From: Octopus sinensis
Taxonomy: Eukaryota
Reading direction: 5' to 3'
DNA length: 64,000 bases
NCBI RefSeq assembly: GCF_006345805.1
Contig: NC_043026.1
Coordinates: forward strand, 14,301,579 to 14,365,578
Made by a program: the position numbers and the translations under genes
The notes under the pieces: generated by a model
Seen by the model: the letters and a program-made list of their open reading frames with translations, nothing else
Database searches by the model: none
Told to the model about the DNA's origin: nothing
Shown: in pieces, positions 1-10,427 of the stretch
Numbering within the stretch: the first letter of the stretch is position 1
Layout: every line of letters starts with the position of its first letter

Positions 1-158
1 CAAGATGTATAAAAATGGCTATTGTCTGCATCATTCGAAAGAGAAATAAATTCTGCATAAGGTGTGAATGATAAAACAATTTGTATGGTGTTAATAATAA
101 AATATTTTGTAAGAAATTGAACTTTTATCATCAGTCTTAAATTTATTTTCGCCAGTGT
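1..158. mobile_element. Probable terminus of a Tc1/mariner-like element
   Basis: Ends ...TTTTCGCCAGTG next to a TA run, a Tc1-like terminus; no coding similarity confirmed. Confidence 0.3.
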
Positions 159-982
159 GTATATATATATAGAGAGAGAGAGTGCTGTGGTTTCAGTCCC
201 ACTGCGCGGCACATTGCGCAGGTGTCTTCTACTATAGCCCTGGGCCTTGTGAGTGGATTTGGTAGACAGAGACTAAAAGAAGCCTGTCATGTGCGAGTGA
301 CGCAGGCGTGGCTGTATGGTAAAGAAGCTTGCCTCCCAACCACATGGTTCTGGGTTCAGTCCCATTGCATGGCACCAAATTCTTGTGAATGGATTTGGTA
401 GATGGAAACTCAAAGAAGCCCATCATATATGTATATCTGTATTTTTTTGTTTCGTTGTCCGAAAAAAAAAAAGTTTGTTTCTCATCGTGTTCAACGTTTT
501 TTTTTTTTTATATCCTGTACCCATATATGCATGTATATATACATATTTACGTAGGTATGTACATATATGTATGTATATATTTATATTATATATGTGTGGT
601 TTTTGGGAGAGTCTGGATGCAAAAGCATTCTGCTATGAACTGACAGAAAAAGTTAAAGGATGTTGTGGGAATAATGGTAGAATATCTCTTATGTCTAAAA
701 GCGATGCGGGTTCTAGTTCCACGGACAGCCTTCAATTTTTCTTCTTTTTTTTTTAACTTAATATTTATATGCTATTTTTATACACTTTATTTGAGGCGGC
801 AAGCTGGCATGGTCTTTAGCACCCCGGACGGAATGCTTAGCAGTATTTCGTCCGACTTGTACTGATAGAAAGACAAACAGTGCGAAGAGATAGAGATTAT
901 ATATTATATATATTTATTATATATTACATATATTTATTATATATTACAAACTATGTAATGGCCATATATATTTATTATTATA

Positions 983-1390
983 TAGGTGCAGGAGTGGCTG
1001 TGTAATAAGTAGCTTGCTTACCAACCACATGGTTCCGGGTTCAGTTCCACTGCATGGCATCTTGGGCAAGTGTCTTCTGCTATAGCCTCGGGCCGACCAA
1101 ATCCTTGTGAGTGGAGTTGGTAGACAGAAACTGAAAAGAAGCCTGTCGTATATATGTATGTATATATATATTATATATGTGTGTGTGGTGTGGTGTTTGT
1201 CCCCTAGCATTCTTGACAACTGATGCTGGTGGTTTTACGTCCCCGTCACTTAGCGGTCCGGCAAAAGAGGCCGATAGAATAAGTACTGGGCTTACAAAGA
1301 ATAAGTCCCAGGGTCGATTTGCTCGACTGAAGGCGGTGCTCCAGCATGGCCGCAGTCAAATGACTGAAACGAGTAAAAGAGTAAAAATAG
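983..1390 (+). mobile_element. tRNA-derived SINE family A (head GGCGCAGGAGTGGCTGTGTGGTAAG, internal TA/TG microsatellite, tail GAAACAAGTAAAAGAG)
   Basis: Pol III A/B-box-like head; more than 20 full or partial copies, e.g. 8457-8840, 9895-10322(-), 14950-15960, 20352-20760, 23160-23745(-), 27240-27655, 31318-31700, 32647-33010, 44040-44420(-), 49820-50777(-), 52420-52936(-), 53683-54195, 54859-55295, 57966-58385, 61560-62190(-). Confidence 0.9.
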
Positions 1391-1459
1391 TACCATCTCC
1401 TTTCGTCTCCATAGCATGGAACAAGCATAAGACAAACTATCAATAAACAGATGTATATG

Positions 1460-2113
1460 TGGAAGCACTCTGTCGGTTACGACGACGAGGGTTCCGGTTG
1501 ATCCGAATCAACGGAACAGCCTGCTCATGAAATTAACGTGTAAGTGGCCGAACTCTCCACAGACATGTGCACCCTTAACATAGTTCTCGGGGATATTCAG
1601 CGTGACACAGAGAGTTACAAGGCCGGCCCTTTGAAATACAGGTACAACAGAAACAGGAAGTAAGAGTGAGAGAAAGTTGTGGTGAAAGAGTACAGCAGGG
1701 ATCACCACAATCTCTTGCTGGAGCCTCGGATGGAAGCACTCAGTCAGTTACGACGACGAGGGTTCCGGTTGAACCGATCAACGGAACAGCCTGCTCGTGA
1801 AATTAACGTGTAAGTGGCTGAGCACTCCACAGACACGTGTACCCTTAACATAGTTCTCGGGGATATTCAGCGTGACACAGAGAGTGACAAGGCCGGCCCT
1901 TTGAAATACAGGTACAACAGAAACAGGAAGTAAGAGTGAGAGAAAGTTGTGGTGAAAGAGTACAGCAGGGATCACGACCATCCCCTGCCGGAGCCTCAAG
2001 GAGCTTTAGGTGTTTTCGCTCAATAAACACTCACAACGCCCGGTCTGGGAATCGAAACCGCGATCCTATGACCGTGAGTCCGCTGCCCTAACCACTGGGC
2101 CATTGCGCCTCCA
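1460..2113 (-). mobile_element. tRNA(Arg)-like SINE family C with tandemly duplicated 3' body
   Basis: Head GTGGAGGCGCAATGGCCCAGTGGTTAGGGCAGCGGACTC...GGTTTCGATTCC; other copies 3911-4215, 34785-35435(-), 55946-56582, 56722-57343(-). May correspond to OR-type octopus SINEs (not verified). Confidence 0.85.
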
Positions 2114-2696
2114 CAAACAGATGTATATACAGACTCGCTGACCCCAGTCCACACTTTTAGGTTTCCAACAAAAAACAACAAAACCATCAATTTCTTATTT
2201 GTTTTATTGTATTTTTAAGCAAGTTTCTTTTTATATAAATGTTACAAATATGAAGAAATGAGGCAGTGGGAGGACAAAGATTAGAATAGGAGGGGGAGAG
2301 AGAGAGAGAGAGAGAGAGAGGTAGTGAAAGTGGTAGTGCTGGTGGTTGAGTTTATCTCAACAAGAGAGATGGAGCTAGAAGTGGTTGTTGTGCTACGGCT
2401 TATAGACTATTAGAGAAGGTGGGGGTAGCTGTCAGAAAAGAGGGTTGCATGCATAGAGAGCAGAGGTAGTAGTATAGCAATGAGCGAGAAAGAGAGAAAG
2501 GTGGATGGTTGTATTGTTATATAGTCCAGTGGTGATAATAAGGAGAGAGAGAGATAGAGAGTTTGTGTTAGGGTAGGAGTGATTGTTTATATACATCAGA
2601 AGTGAAAGTGAAAGTTGACATGAGTACTGCATACAGAGGAGTTGTGGGTTGGGATAGGACAGCCATGCCAAAGAGGGAGAGGACAAGAGCAGTTTT

Positions 2697-2755
<59 letters not shown>

Positions 2756-2767
2756 TACATATATATG

Positions 2768-3056
2768 TGGCCGTTCGCCAGCCTCGTCTGGCAGCTGTGT
2801 CGGTGGCACATAAAAAAACACCATCCGAGCGTGGCCGTCTGCCAGCCTCGTCTGGCACCTGTGTCGGTGGCACATAAAATGCACCCACTACACTCTCGGA
2901 GTGGTTGGCGTTAGGAAGGGCATCCAGCTGTAGAAACACTGCCAGATCTGACTGGCCTGGTGCAGCCTTCGGGCTCTCCAGACCCCAGTTAAACCGTCCA
3001 ACCCATGCTAGCATGGAAAGCGGACGTTAAACGATGATGATGATGATGATGATGAT
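2768..3056 (+). mobile_element. SINE-like family D (variable 5' ~61-bp units, GGTTGGCGTTAGGAAGGGCATCCAGC core, (GAT)n tail)
   Basis: Copies at 9060-9645(-), 16360-16515, 19240-19500, 20778-21108, 28215-29400(-), 32092-32350(-), 38480-38820(-), 41480-41900, 44555-44790, 47960-48362, 50957-52303. Confidence 0.85.
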
Positions 3057-3138
3057 ATATAATCTCACATCATCAAGTTTTTGATTTTTGATCCACTACA
3101 TTAAAAATATAGTGTCTGTGTGTGTGTGCATCTATCTA

Positions 3139-3171
<33 letters not shown>

Positions 3172-3196
3172 ATATGTGACAATTATTCAATAGCCA

Positions 3197-3259
3197 AGAT
3201 AAAACTCTGAGTTTCGGATGCCGAGGTGGAAATCCACAACACTATCTCTTCGGTTATCT
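3197..3259 (-). ncRNA. Hammerhead relic (core CCGAAGA, U4C) in left arm of the same inverted repeat
   Basis: Mirror copy of 3404-3466 with intact stem I and GAAACUCAGAGUU but a U4C substitution. Confidence 0.55.
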
Positions 3260-3403
3260 GAAGAAATGGCCTGAACTCTTTGCATGAACACCCTCCGTGT
3301 ACATAACTCCATGTCCCCCTACATGGCCTTGCTTTTTGAGCCAAAAAATTAACTTAGCTTATCTGGCCATCTGAAAAAACTCTATGAAAAGAAAAAGATG
3401 GCC

Positions 3404-3466
3404 AGATAACTGAAGAGATGGTGTGGTGCATTTCTACCTCGGCATCTGAAACTCAGAGTTTTATCT
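3404..3466 (+). ncRNA. Type I hammerhead ribozyme, near-canonical, in right arm of an inverted repeat
   Basis: Stem I AGAUAA/UUAUCU; CUGAAGA; stem II GAUG/CAUC plus one extra U; GAAAC-UCAGA-GUU (quasi-palindromic stem III). Confidence 0.65.
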
Positions 3467-4278
3467 AGACTATTGAATAATTGTCACATATTATTTTACA
3501 GTTAAATTTCCTCTATTTACATAATATTGAGGTCTCTTTCTTTCTTTTGTTATCTTACCGTTTTTACCAATATATATATATATATATATAATTATAGTTA
3601 AGCAGGCCAAGTGCTTCAATGGTTAAGTTTGGGAAAGGACAAGGACAACACTGGTGGTGTAGAGAGAGAAGAATCATATTTATTGGCAAACTGCTAGTCC
3701 TCCTGAAAAAAGTGGTTTTTAAATGTTTTATGGTCGGGGGATCCACAAATTAAAAAAAAAAATAGTAACGAAAGGGATGCATAGATAAAAAATGATTCAG
3801 AGCCCCTGGAAAAAACCCATTCCAGTCGGTACCCCAGCATGGCTGCAGTCCAATGACTGAAACAAATAAAAGAAAGATAAACATATTTCTGTTTTCTATA
3901 TTAGATATATGTGGAGGCGCAATGGCCCAGTGGTAAGGGCAATGGACTCACGGTCGTCGGATTGCGGTTTCAATTCCCAGACCAGGCGTTGTGAGTGTTT
4001 ATTGAGCGAAAACACCTAAAAAGCTCCACGAGGCTCTGGCAGGGGGTGGTGGCGATCCCTGCTGTACTCTTTCGCCACAATTTTCTCCCACTCTTTCTTC
4101 TGTTGGCCTGCTCGCTTAGCCAGCGGGGTGGCGTCATTCGAAGGCTAAAAGAATGCAAAGCACATTGTGACCAGTGATGTGTAGCAACATCTAATAGCCT
4201 GGTCGGTCATGTGATATTAGATATATATATATATATACATAATATATATATATATAATATATATATACATATATATAC

Positions 4279-4309
<31 letters not shown>

Positions 4310-5197
4310 ATATATATATATTATATATATATATATACATATATATATAATATATATATATATAATACATATATATATATATATTTATAATATATATATA
4401 TATACATTATATTATGATACTGTGATCCACTCTGACAGGAGGCCACTAAGTTTTGTAATCTCAGCTAATTTGTACAATCAAAGTTGTGATATTAACTTTG
4501 TGTAGTGGTTATCACAAATTTACAGTATATGTGACAATGCTACAGCATGGCTCTGTGGTAAGAAGCTTGCTGCTTCCTAACCACATGGTATATGTATATC
4601 TCTCTTTGTCTTGATATCATGTAGGAGTTGTGAATGAATGTCGCTGCTGTTCATACAAGCAGCGTCATTCATTTCCAATATTCTATGAAAATAGGTCTGT
4701 CCATGGGCAAATGTTACCCTGCTTGGAAATAGGTGAGGTTTGGTGACAGGAAGGACATCCAGGTAAAAAAAAAAAAATCTGTCTAACCCATGCAAGCATG
4801 GAAAACATCAAATTAAAATTATGTGTATGTGTGTGTATCAACTAAAATTCCTCAAGGCAATGCCTTGGCATGGCTGCGGTCTGATGACGGAAAAAAGTAA
4901 TAGAAAAGAAAAGGTACCTCTATCTATGCGAGTGTGTATATATAGGTGTATATATGAGTGTGTGTGTTTATGAGTGTATATTTGTAATTTGTTTGCAGAT
5001 TGACTTGTTTTGCATCCCTTCATATCAAAAGGTAACTTAACCTGTCAGACACTACTCTGATATAATCACTAACGATGATATGATTGACTTAATCTTTTCA
5101 GTATGACTGAAACCAGTAACGAATATGTGTGCATGTCTGTTCAAACAATGACCTAGATACACATAATTATGTTTATATATATATATATATATATTGT

Positions 5198-5945
5198 GGA
5201 GGCACATGTCCTAGTGGTTAGAGCAGCGGTCGAGGGATCGCGGGTTCGAATCTCAGACCGGGCGATGTGTGTGTTTGTGAGCGAAACACCTAAGCTCCAC
5301 GCGGCTCCGGCAGAAGGTAATGGCGAAACTTCTGCTGACTCTTTCGCCACAACTTTCTCTCACTCTTTCTTCCTGCATCTTGCAGCTCACCTGCGACGGA
5401 CTGGCGTCCCGTCCAGGTGCGGAACCTATACACCAGGAAACCGGCCCTTATGAGCCAGCCATGGCTCGAGAAGGAACAAACAATAACATGCATGCATACA
5501 TATATACACACATGCATGCATAGTGGAGGCACATGGCCTAGTGGTTAGAGCAGTGGTCAAGGAATGATCGCGGGTTCGAATCTCAGACCGGGCGATGTGT
5601 GTGTTTGTGAGCGAAACACCTAAGCTCCACGCGGCTCCGGCAGAAGGTAATGGTGAAACTTCTGCTGACTCTTTCGCCACAACTTTCTCTCACTCTTTCA
5701 TCCTGCATCTTGCAGCTCACCTACGATGGACCAGCGTCCCGTCCAGGTGGGGAACCTATATGCCAAGAAACCGGGAAACCGGCCCTTATGAGCCAGGCAT
5801 GGCTCGAGAAGGAACAAACAATATATATATATATTGGCCTGCTCGCTTAGCCAATGGGGTGGCGTCATTTGAAGGCTAAAACAATGCAAACGCATTGTGA
5901 TCAGCAATGTGTAACTACATCTGATGGACTGGTCGGTCACGTGAT
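5198..5945 (+). mobile_element. Two tandem tRNA-derived SINEs, family C variant (body CCTGCGACGGACTGGCGTCCCGTCCAGG)
   Basis: Heads at 5198 and 5522 with A/B boxes; share the first half with family C but have a different 3' body. Confidence 0.8.
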
Positions 5946-6229
5946 GGTCACGTGATTAATATATATATATACACACAGACACACACATATATATATATAT
6001 AACAAGCCTGAAATATGCATTGAATGGGTGTAAAGGGCGTGGGGTGAGTAGTAAGTTGTAAAAAGTGGTTTGAAATAAATAAAGGTGGTGTTGGTGGTGG
6101 TGGTGGTGAGTGTGCTAGTGATAATGGTGGAGATAGGATGGGCTGCCATGGAATTCAAAAGGGAGTAGTAGTAGTAGGAGGAGGAGGAGGAGGAGGAGAA
6201 GGGATTGGGAGTGGGGGTGTGGTGTGTTG

Positions 6230-6310
6230 CTATAGGGATGTCTCATTTGTAGAGGCAGCAGCGTGGGTCTTGTCATCTGGCAATGCTGGCCGATTCTCAT
6301 TCTGACGCAA
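6230..6310 (-). CDS. MCC: MCC terminal coding exon (LRQNENRPALPDDKTHAAASTNETSL*)
   Basis: Long pyrimidine tract plus cattgcAG, phase 0, 81 nt including TAG; ends in class I PDZ-binding motif NETSL like vertebrate MCC. Confidence 0.92.
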   Translation of the reverse strand: MRQNENRPALPDDKTHAAASTNETSL

Positions 6311-6411
6311 CTGCAATGAAAGGAAGAAGAAAAAAAAAATGAATGAATGTCTTCGTTGAATAAGAGGCACGGCTGTATACGGTCAACAAATCACAAAGAT
6401 GCATTAAATGA

Positions 6412-8340
6412 TATTATAATAATAATAATAATAATGAAATTATTGTATACAGTGCTCAGGTGCACCACAACTTGTCAGAAAGTGCGTATAAAGTACATGC
6501 AGTAATGTAGAAATGTCTGGAAAGCGAACAATGTATGAGTCAGATACATGCTTGCGTGTGTATGGAGGGGAGAAAATCAGGTGTAGTATTGGCGAATCTC
6601 GGGAAGCATGGAAGTTTTGAAGGATGCAGTGCTCCGACAACTAACAACTGATGCCGGCAGTTTGTTCCATGCTTCAGCAACTTTTAGCGTGAAAAAGTGT
6701 TTCCGAAAGTCATGGGAGCTGTGCTGCTTTCTGATTTTGTAAATATGTCCTCGGGTGTTAGACGGGTGGAGTTTGAAAAGGTGCTCAGAGTTATTGTTAG
6801 TAAGATGGTTAATAATTTTATGGGTGTCTGCATATGCAGTAATGTACAAATGTCTGGAAAGCGAACAGTGTATGAGTCAGATACATGCTTGTGTGTGTAT
6901 GGAGGGGAGAAAATCAGGTGTAGTGTTGGCGAATCTCAGAAAGCATGGAAGTTTTGAAAGATGCAGTGCTCCGACAACTAACAACTGATGCCGGCAGTTG
7001 TTCCATGCTTCAGCAACTTTTAGCGTGAAAAAGTGTTTTCCGAAGTCATGGGAGCTGTGCTGTTTTCTGATTTTGTAATATGTCCACGGGTGTTAGATGG
7101 GTGGAGTTTGAAAAGGTGCTTAGAGTAATTGTTTGTAAGATAGTTAATAATTTTATGGGTGTCTGCATATGCAGTAATGTACAAATGTCTGGAAAGCGAA
7201 CAATGTATGAGTCAGATACATGCTTGTGTGTGTATGGAGGGGAGAAAATCAGGTGTAGTGTTGGCGAATCTCAGAAAGCATGGAAGTTTTGAAGGATGCA
7301 GTGCTCCGACAACTAACAACTGATGCCGGCAGTTTGTTCCATGCTTCAGCAACTTTTAGCGTGAAAAAGTGTTTCCGAAAGTCATGGGAGCTGTGCTGTT
7401 TTCTGATTTTGTAAATATGTCCACGGGTGTTAGATGGGTGGAGTTTGAAAAGGTGCTTAGAGTAATTGTTTGTAAGATAGTTAATAATTTTATGGGTGTC
7501 TGCATATGCAGTAATGTACAAATGTCTGGGAAGTGAACAGTGTATGAGTCAGATACATGCTTGTGTGTGTATGGAGGGGAGAAAATCAGGTGTAGTGTTG
7601 GCGAATCTCAGAAAGCATGGAAGTTTTGAAGGATGCAGTGCTCCGACAACTAACAACTGATGCCGGCAGTTTGTTCCATGCTTCAGCAACTTTTAGCGTG
7701 AAAAAGTGTTTCCGAAAGTCATGGGAGCTGTGCTGTTTTCTGATTTTGTAAATATGTCCACGGGTGTTAGATGGGTGGAGTTTGAAAAGGTGCTTAGAGT
7801 AATTGTTTGTAAGATAGTTAATAATTTTATGGGTGTCTGCATATGCAGTAATGTACAAATGTCTGGAAAGCGAACAATGTATGAGTCAGATACATGCTTG
7901 CGTGTGTATGGAGGGGAGAAAATCAGGTGTAGTGTTGGCGAATCTCAGAAAGCATGGAAGTTTTGAAGGATGCAGTGCTCCGACAACTAACAACTGATGC
8001 CGGCAGTTTGTTCCATGCTTCAGCAACTTTTAGCGTAAAAAAGTGTTTCCAAAAGTCATGGGAGCTGTGCTGTTTTCTGATTTTGTAAATATGTCCACGG
8101 GTGTTAGATGGGTGGAGTTTGAAAAGGTGCTCAGTGTTATTGTTTGTAAGATGGTTGATAATTTTAGGGGTGTCTGCCAGGTCAGCTGCCAGATGTCGGA
8201 GTTTCAAAGTGTCCATGCCCAGGGAAGTAAGGCGTTCAGGATATGGCAAATGCCTGATGGAGGGTATTCTTGTCCTAGGTGAGTGATGGTGAACCTGTGA
8301 ATTATGTTGTGGGCAATGACACATGTGGTAGTTGTGAACA
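6412..8340 (-). mobile_element. CR1-clade LINE 3' end amplified into ~6 head-to-tail ~337-bp units
   Basis: ORFs 6577, 7249, 7586 and 7923 repeat ...TRGHIYKIRKQ...FFTLKVAEAWNKLPASVVSCRSTASFK..., a CR1 ORF2 C-terminus; (TTA)n tail at ~6412-6435. Confidence 0.85.
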
Positions 8341-9699
8341 CGTGATGGACTTAGGGAAATATACAAAAAAAAAAGAAAACTTTCAATATCGTATGTAAAG
8401 AACAAGCAAAAATTTAAAAAATCAATAAGAAACTCCTCCAAAATTTTATCAATATAGGTGCAGGAGTGGCTGTGTAGTAAGTAGCTTGCTTACCAACCAC
8501 ATGGTTCCGGGTTCAGTCCCACTGCGTGGCACCTTGGGCAAGTGTCTTCTACTATAGCTTCGGGCCGACCAAAGCCTTGTGAGAGGATTTGGTAGACGGA
8601 AACTGAAAGAAGCCCGTCGTATATATGTATATATATATATGTGTGTGTGTGTGTATTATATATATATATAGGTGCAGGAGTAGCTGTGTGGTAAGTAGCT
8701 TGCTTACCAACCACATGGTTCCGGGTTCAGTCCCACTGCAGGGCACTTTGGGCAAGTGTCTTCTACTATAGCCTCGGGCCGACTAAAGCCTTGTGAGTGG
8801 ATTTGGTAGACAGAAACTGATAGAAGCCCGTCGTATATATGTATAAATATGTGTGCTAGTCTCTTTGGAAGCACAAAATCTTAAAAATACTAAAACATGT
8901 TTTTCTGATGGTTATACACATTAATTTCTCACCGGTACCCCTCCCCTATTAACTACCATCATAATATACAATATAAATACATTTTCACATCTTTACATTA
9001 AACTAGTATTCTACAAATTAAAAGTTTACCTACATACACACTCTTTTCTTTTTATGTACATCATCATCGTTTAGCGTCCGCTTTCCATGCTAGCATGGGT
9101 TGGACGGTTCAACTGGGGTCTGGGAAGCCAGAAGGTTGCACCAGGCCCAGTCTGATCTGGCAGTGTTTCTACAGCTGGATGCCCTTCCTAATGCCAACCA
9201 CTCCGAGAGTGTAGTGGGTGCTTTTTATGTGCCACCTGCACAGGTGCCAGACGAGGCTGGCAAACAGCCATGATCGGATGGTGCTTTTTACGTGCTATGG
9301 CACGGGGGCCAGGCGAGGCTGGCAAACGGCCACGATCGGATGGTGCTTTTTACGTGCTACGGCACGGGGGCCAGGCGAGGCTGGCAAACGGCCACGATCG
9401 GATGGTGCTTTTTACGTGCCACCAGTATGGAGGCCAGACAAGGCTGGCAAACGGTCATGATCGGATGGTGCTTTTTACGTGCTACCGGCACGGGGGCCAG
9501 GCGAGGCTGGCAAACAGCCACGATCGGATGGTGCTTTTGACGTGCTACCGGCACGGGGGCCAGGCGAGGCTGGCAAACGGCCCCGATCGGATGGTGCTTT
9601 TTACGTGCTACCGGCACAGGGGCCAGACGAGGCTGGCAACGGCCAGGCTAATTATTTTCTTCCTTTTCTTTTTTTAAATTTTACAATGTCATATTTAAA

Positions 9700-9860
9700 A
9701 CTTTTTTCTGTCATAGGTTGTGGTGTGGAGGAGTTTGCTAATGTTCCATTCTAGTTTTCTTTTCAGGCTAGGTTTATCCTCTGTTATGTGTGTAGCTTCC
9801 GTAATTTGACTAAGCATTGCATCTGTTCTATGTGTGGACAAGATTTTAACTTTTATGAGT
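9700..9860 (-). mobile_element. Penelope-like element remnant, GIY-YIG endonuclease C-terminus
   Basis: Minus frame reads TDAMLSQITEATHITEDKPSLKRKLEWN, resembling the EA..I....P.LN..EW end of PLE endonucleases. Confidence 0.45.
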
Positions 9861-10427
9861 GAGCCTCCCTCCACACGTTCTCACTCGGTGTGCTCTTTTA
9901 CTCTTTTACTCTTTTTACTCTTTTTACTTGTTTCAGTCATTTGACTGCGGCCATGCTGGAGCACCGCCTTTAGTCGAGCAACTCGACCCCGGGACTTATT
10001 CTTTGTAAGCCCAGTACTTATTCTATCGGTCTCTTTTGCCGAACCGCTAAGTGACGGGGACGTAAACACACCAGCATCGGTTGTCAAGCAATGCTAGGGG
10101 AACAAACACACACACACAAACATATTCACACACACTTATATATATATATATACATATATACGACAGGCTTCTTTCAGTTTCCGTCTACCAAATCCACTCA
10201 CAAGGCATTGGTCGGCCCGGGGCTATAGCAGAAGACACTTGCCCAAGGTGCCACGCAGTGGGACTGAACCCGGAACCATGTGGTTGGTTAGCAAGCTACT
10301 TACCAAACAGCCACTCCTGGTATAGGCTTCCAGTAGAATGTCTCTAGAGTTTTGTTGGTTTGCTAGGTCTGGGAGCTTCCAGAATCTTCTTTTTCAGCAT
10401 GGTTTAATTCCCCGAGTCTCTCTAGCC

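Larger units (their letters stand above)
3166..3498. mobile_element. Penelope-like inverted terminal-repeat pair (~95-bp arms) enclosing a CR1 3' tip
   Basis: 3166-3260 is the reverse complement of 3403-3498; both arms carry hammerhead motifs; 3267-3354 matches the CR1 tail at 57651-57752. Confidence 0.6.

Noticed and set aside
600-760. Protein-like tail of ORF 316..756 (ESLDAKAFCYELTEKVKGCCGNNGRISLMSK...)
   Set aside because: The ORF begins in a SINE and crosses microsatellite; no splice signals or homology to support it.
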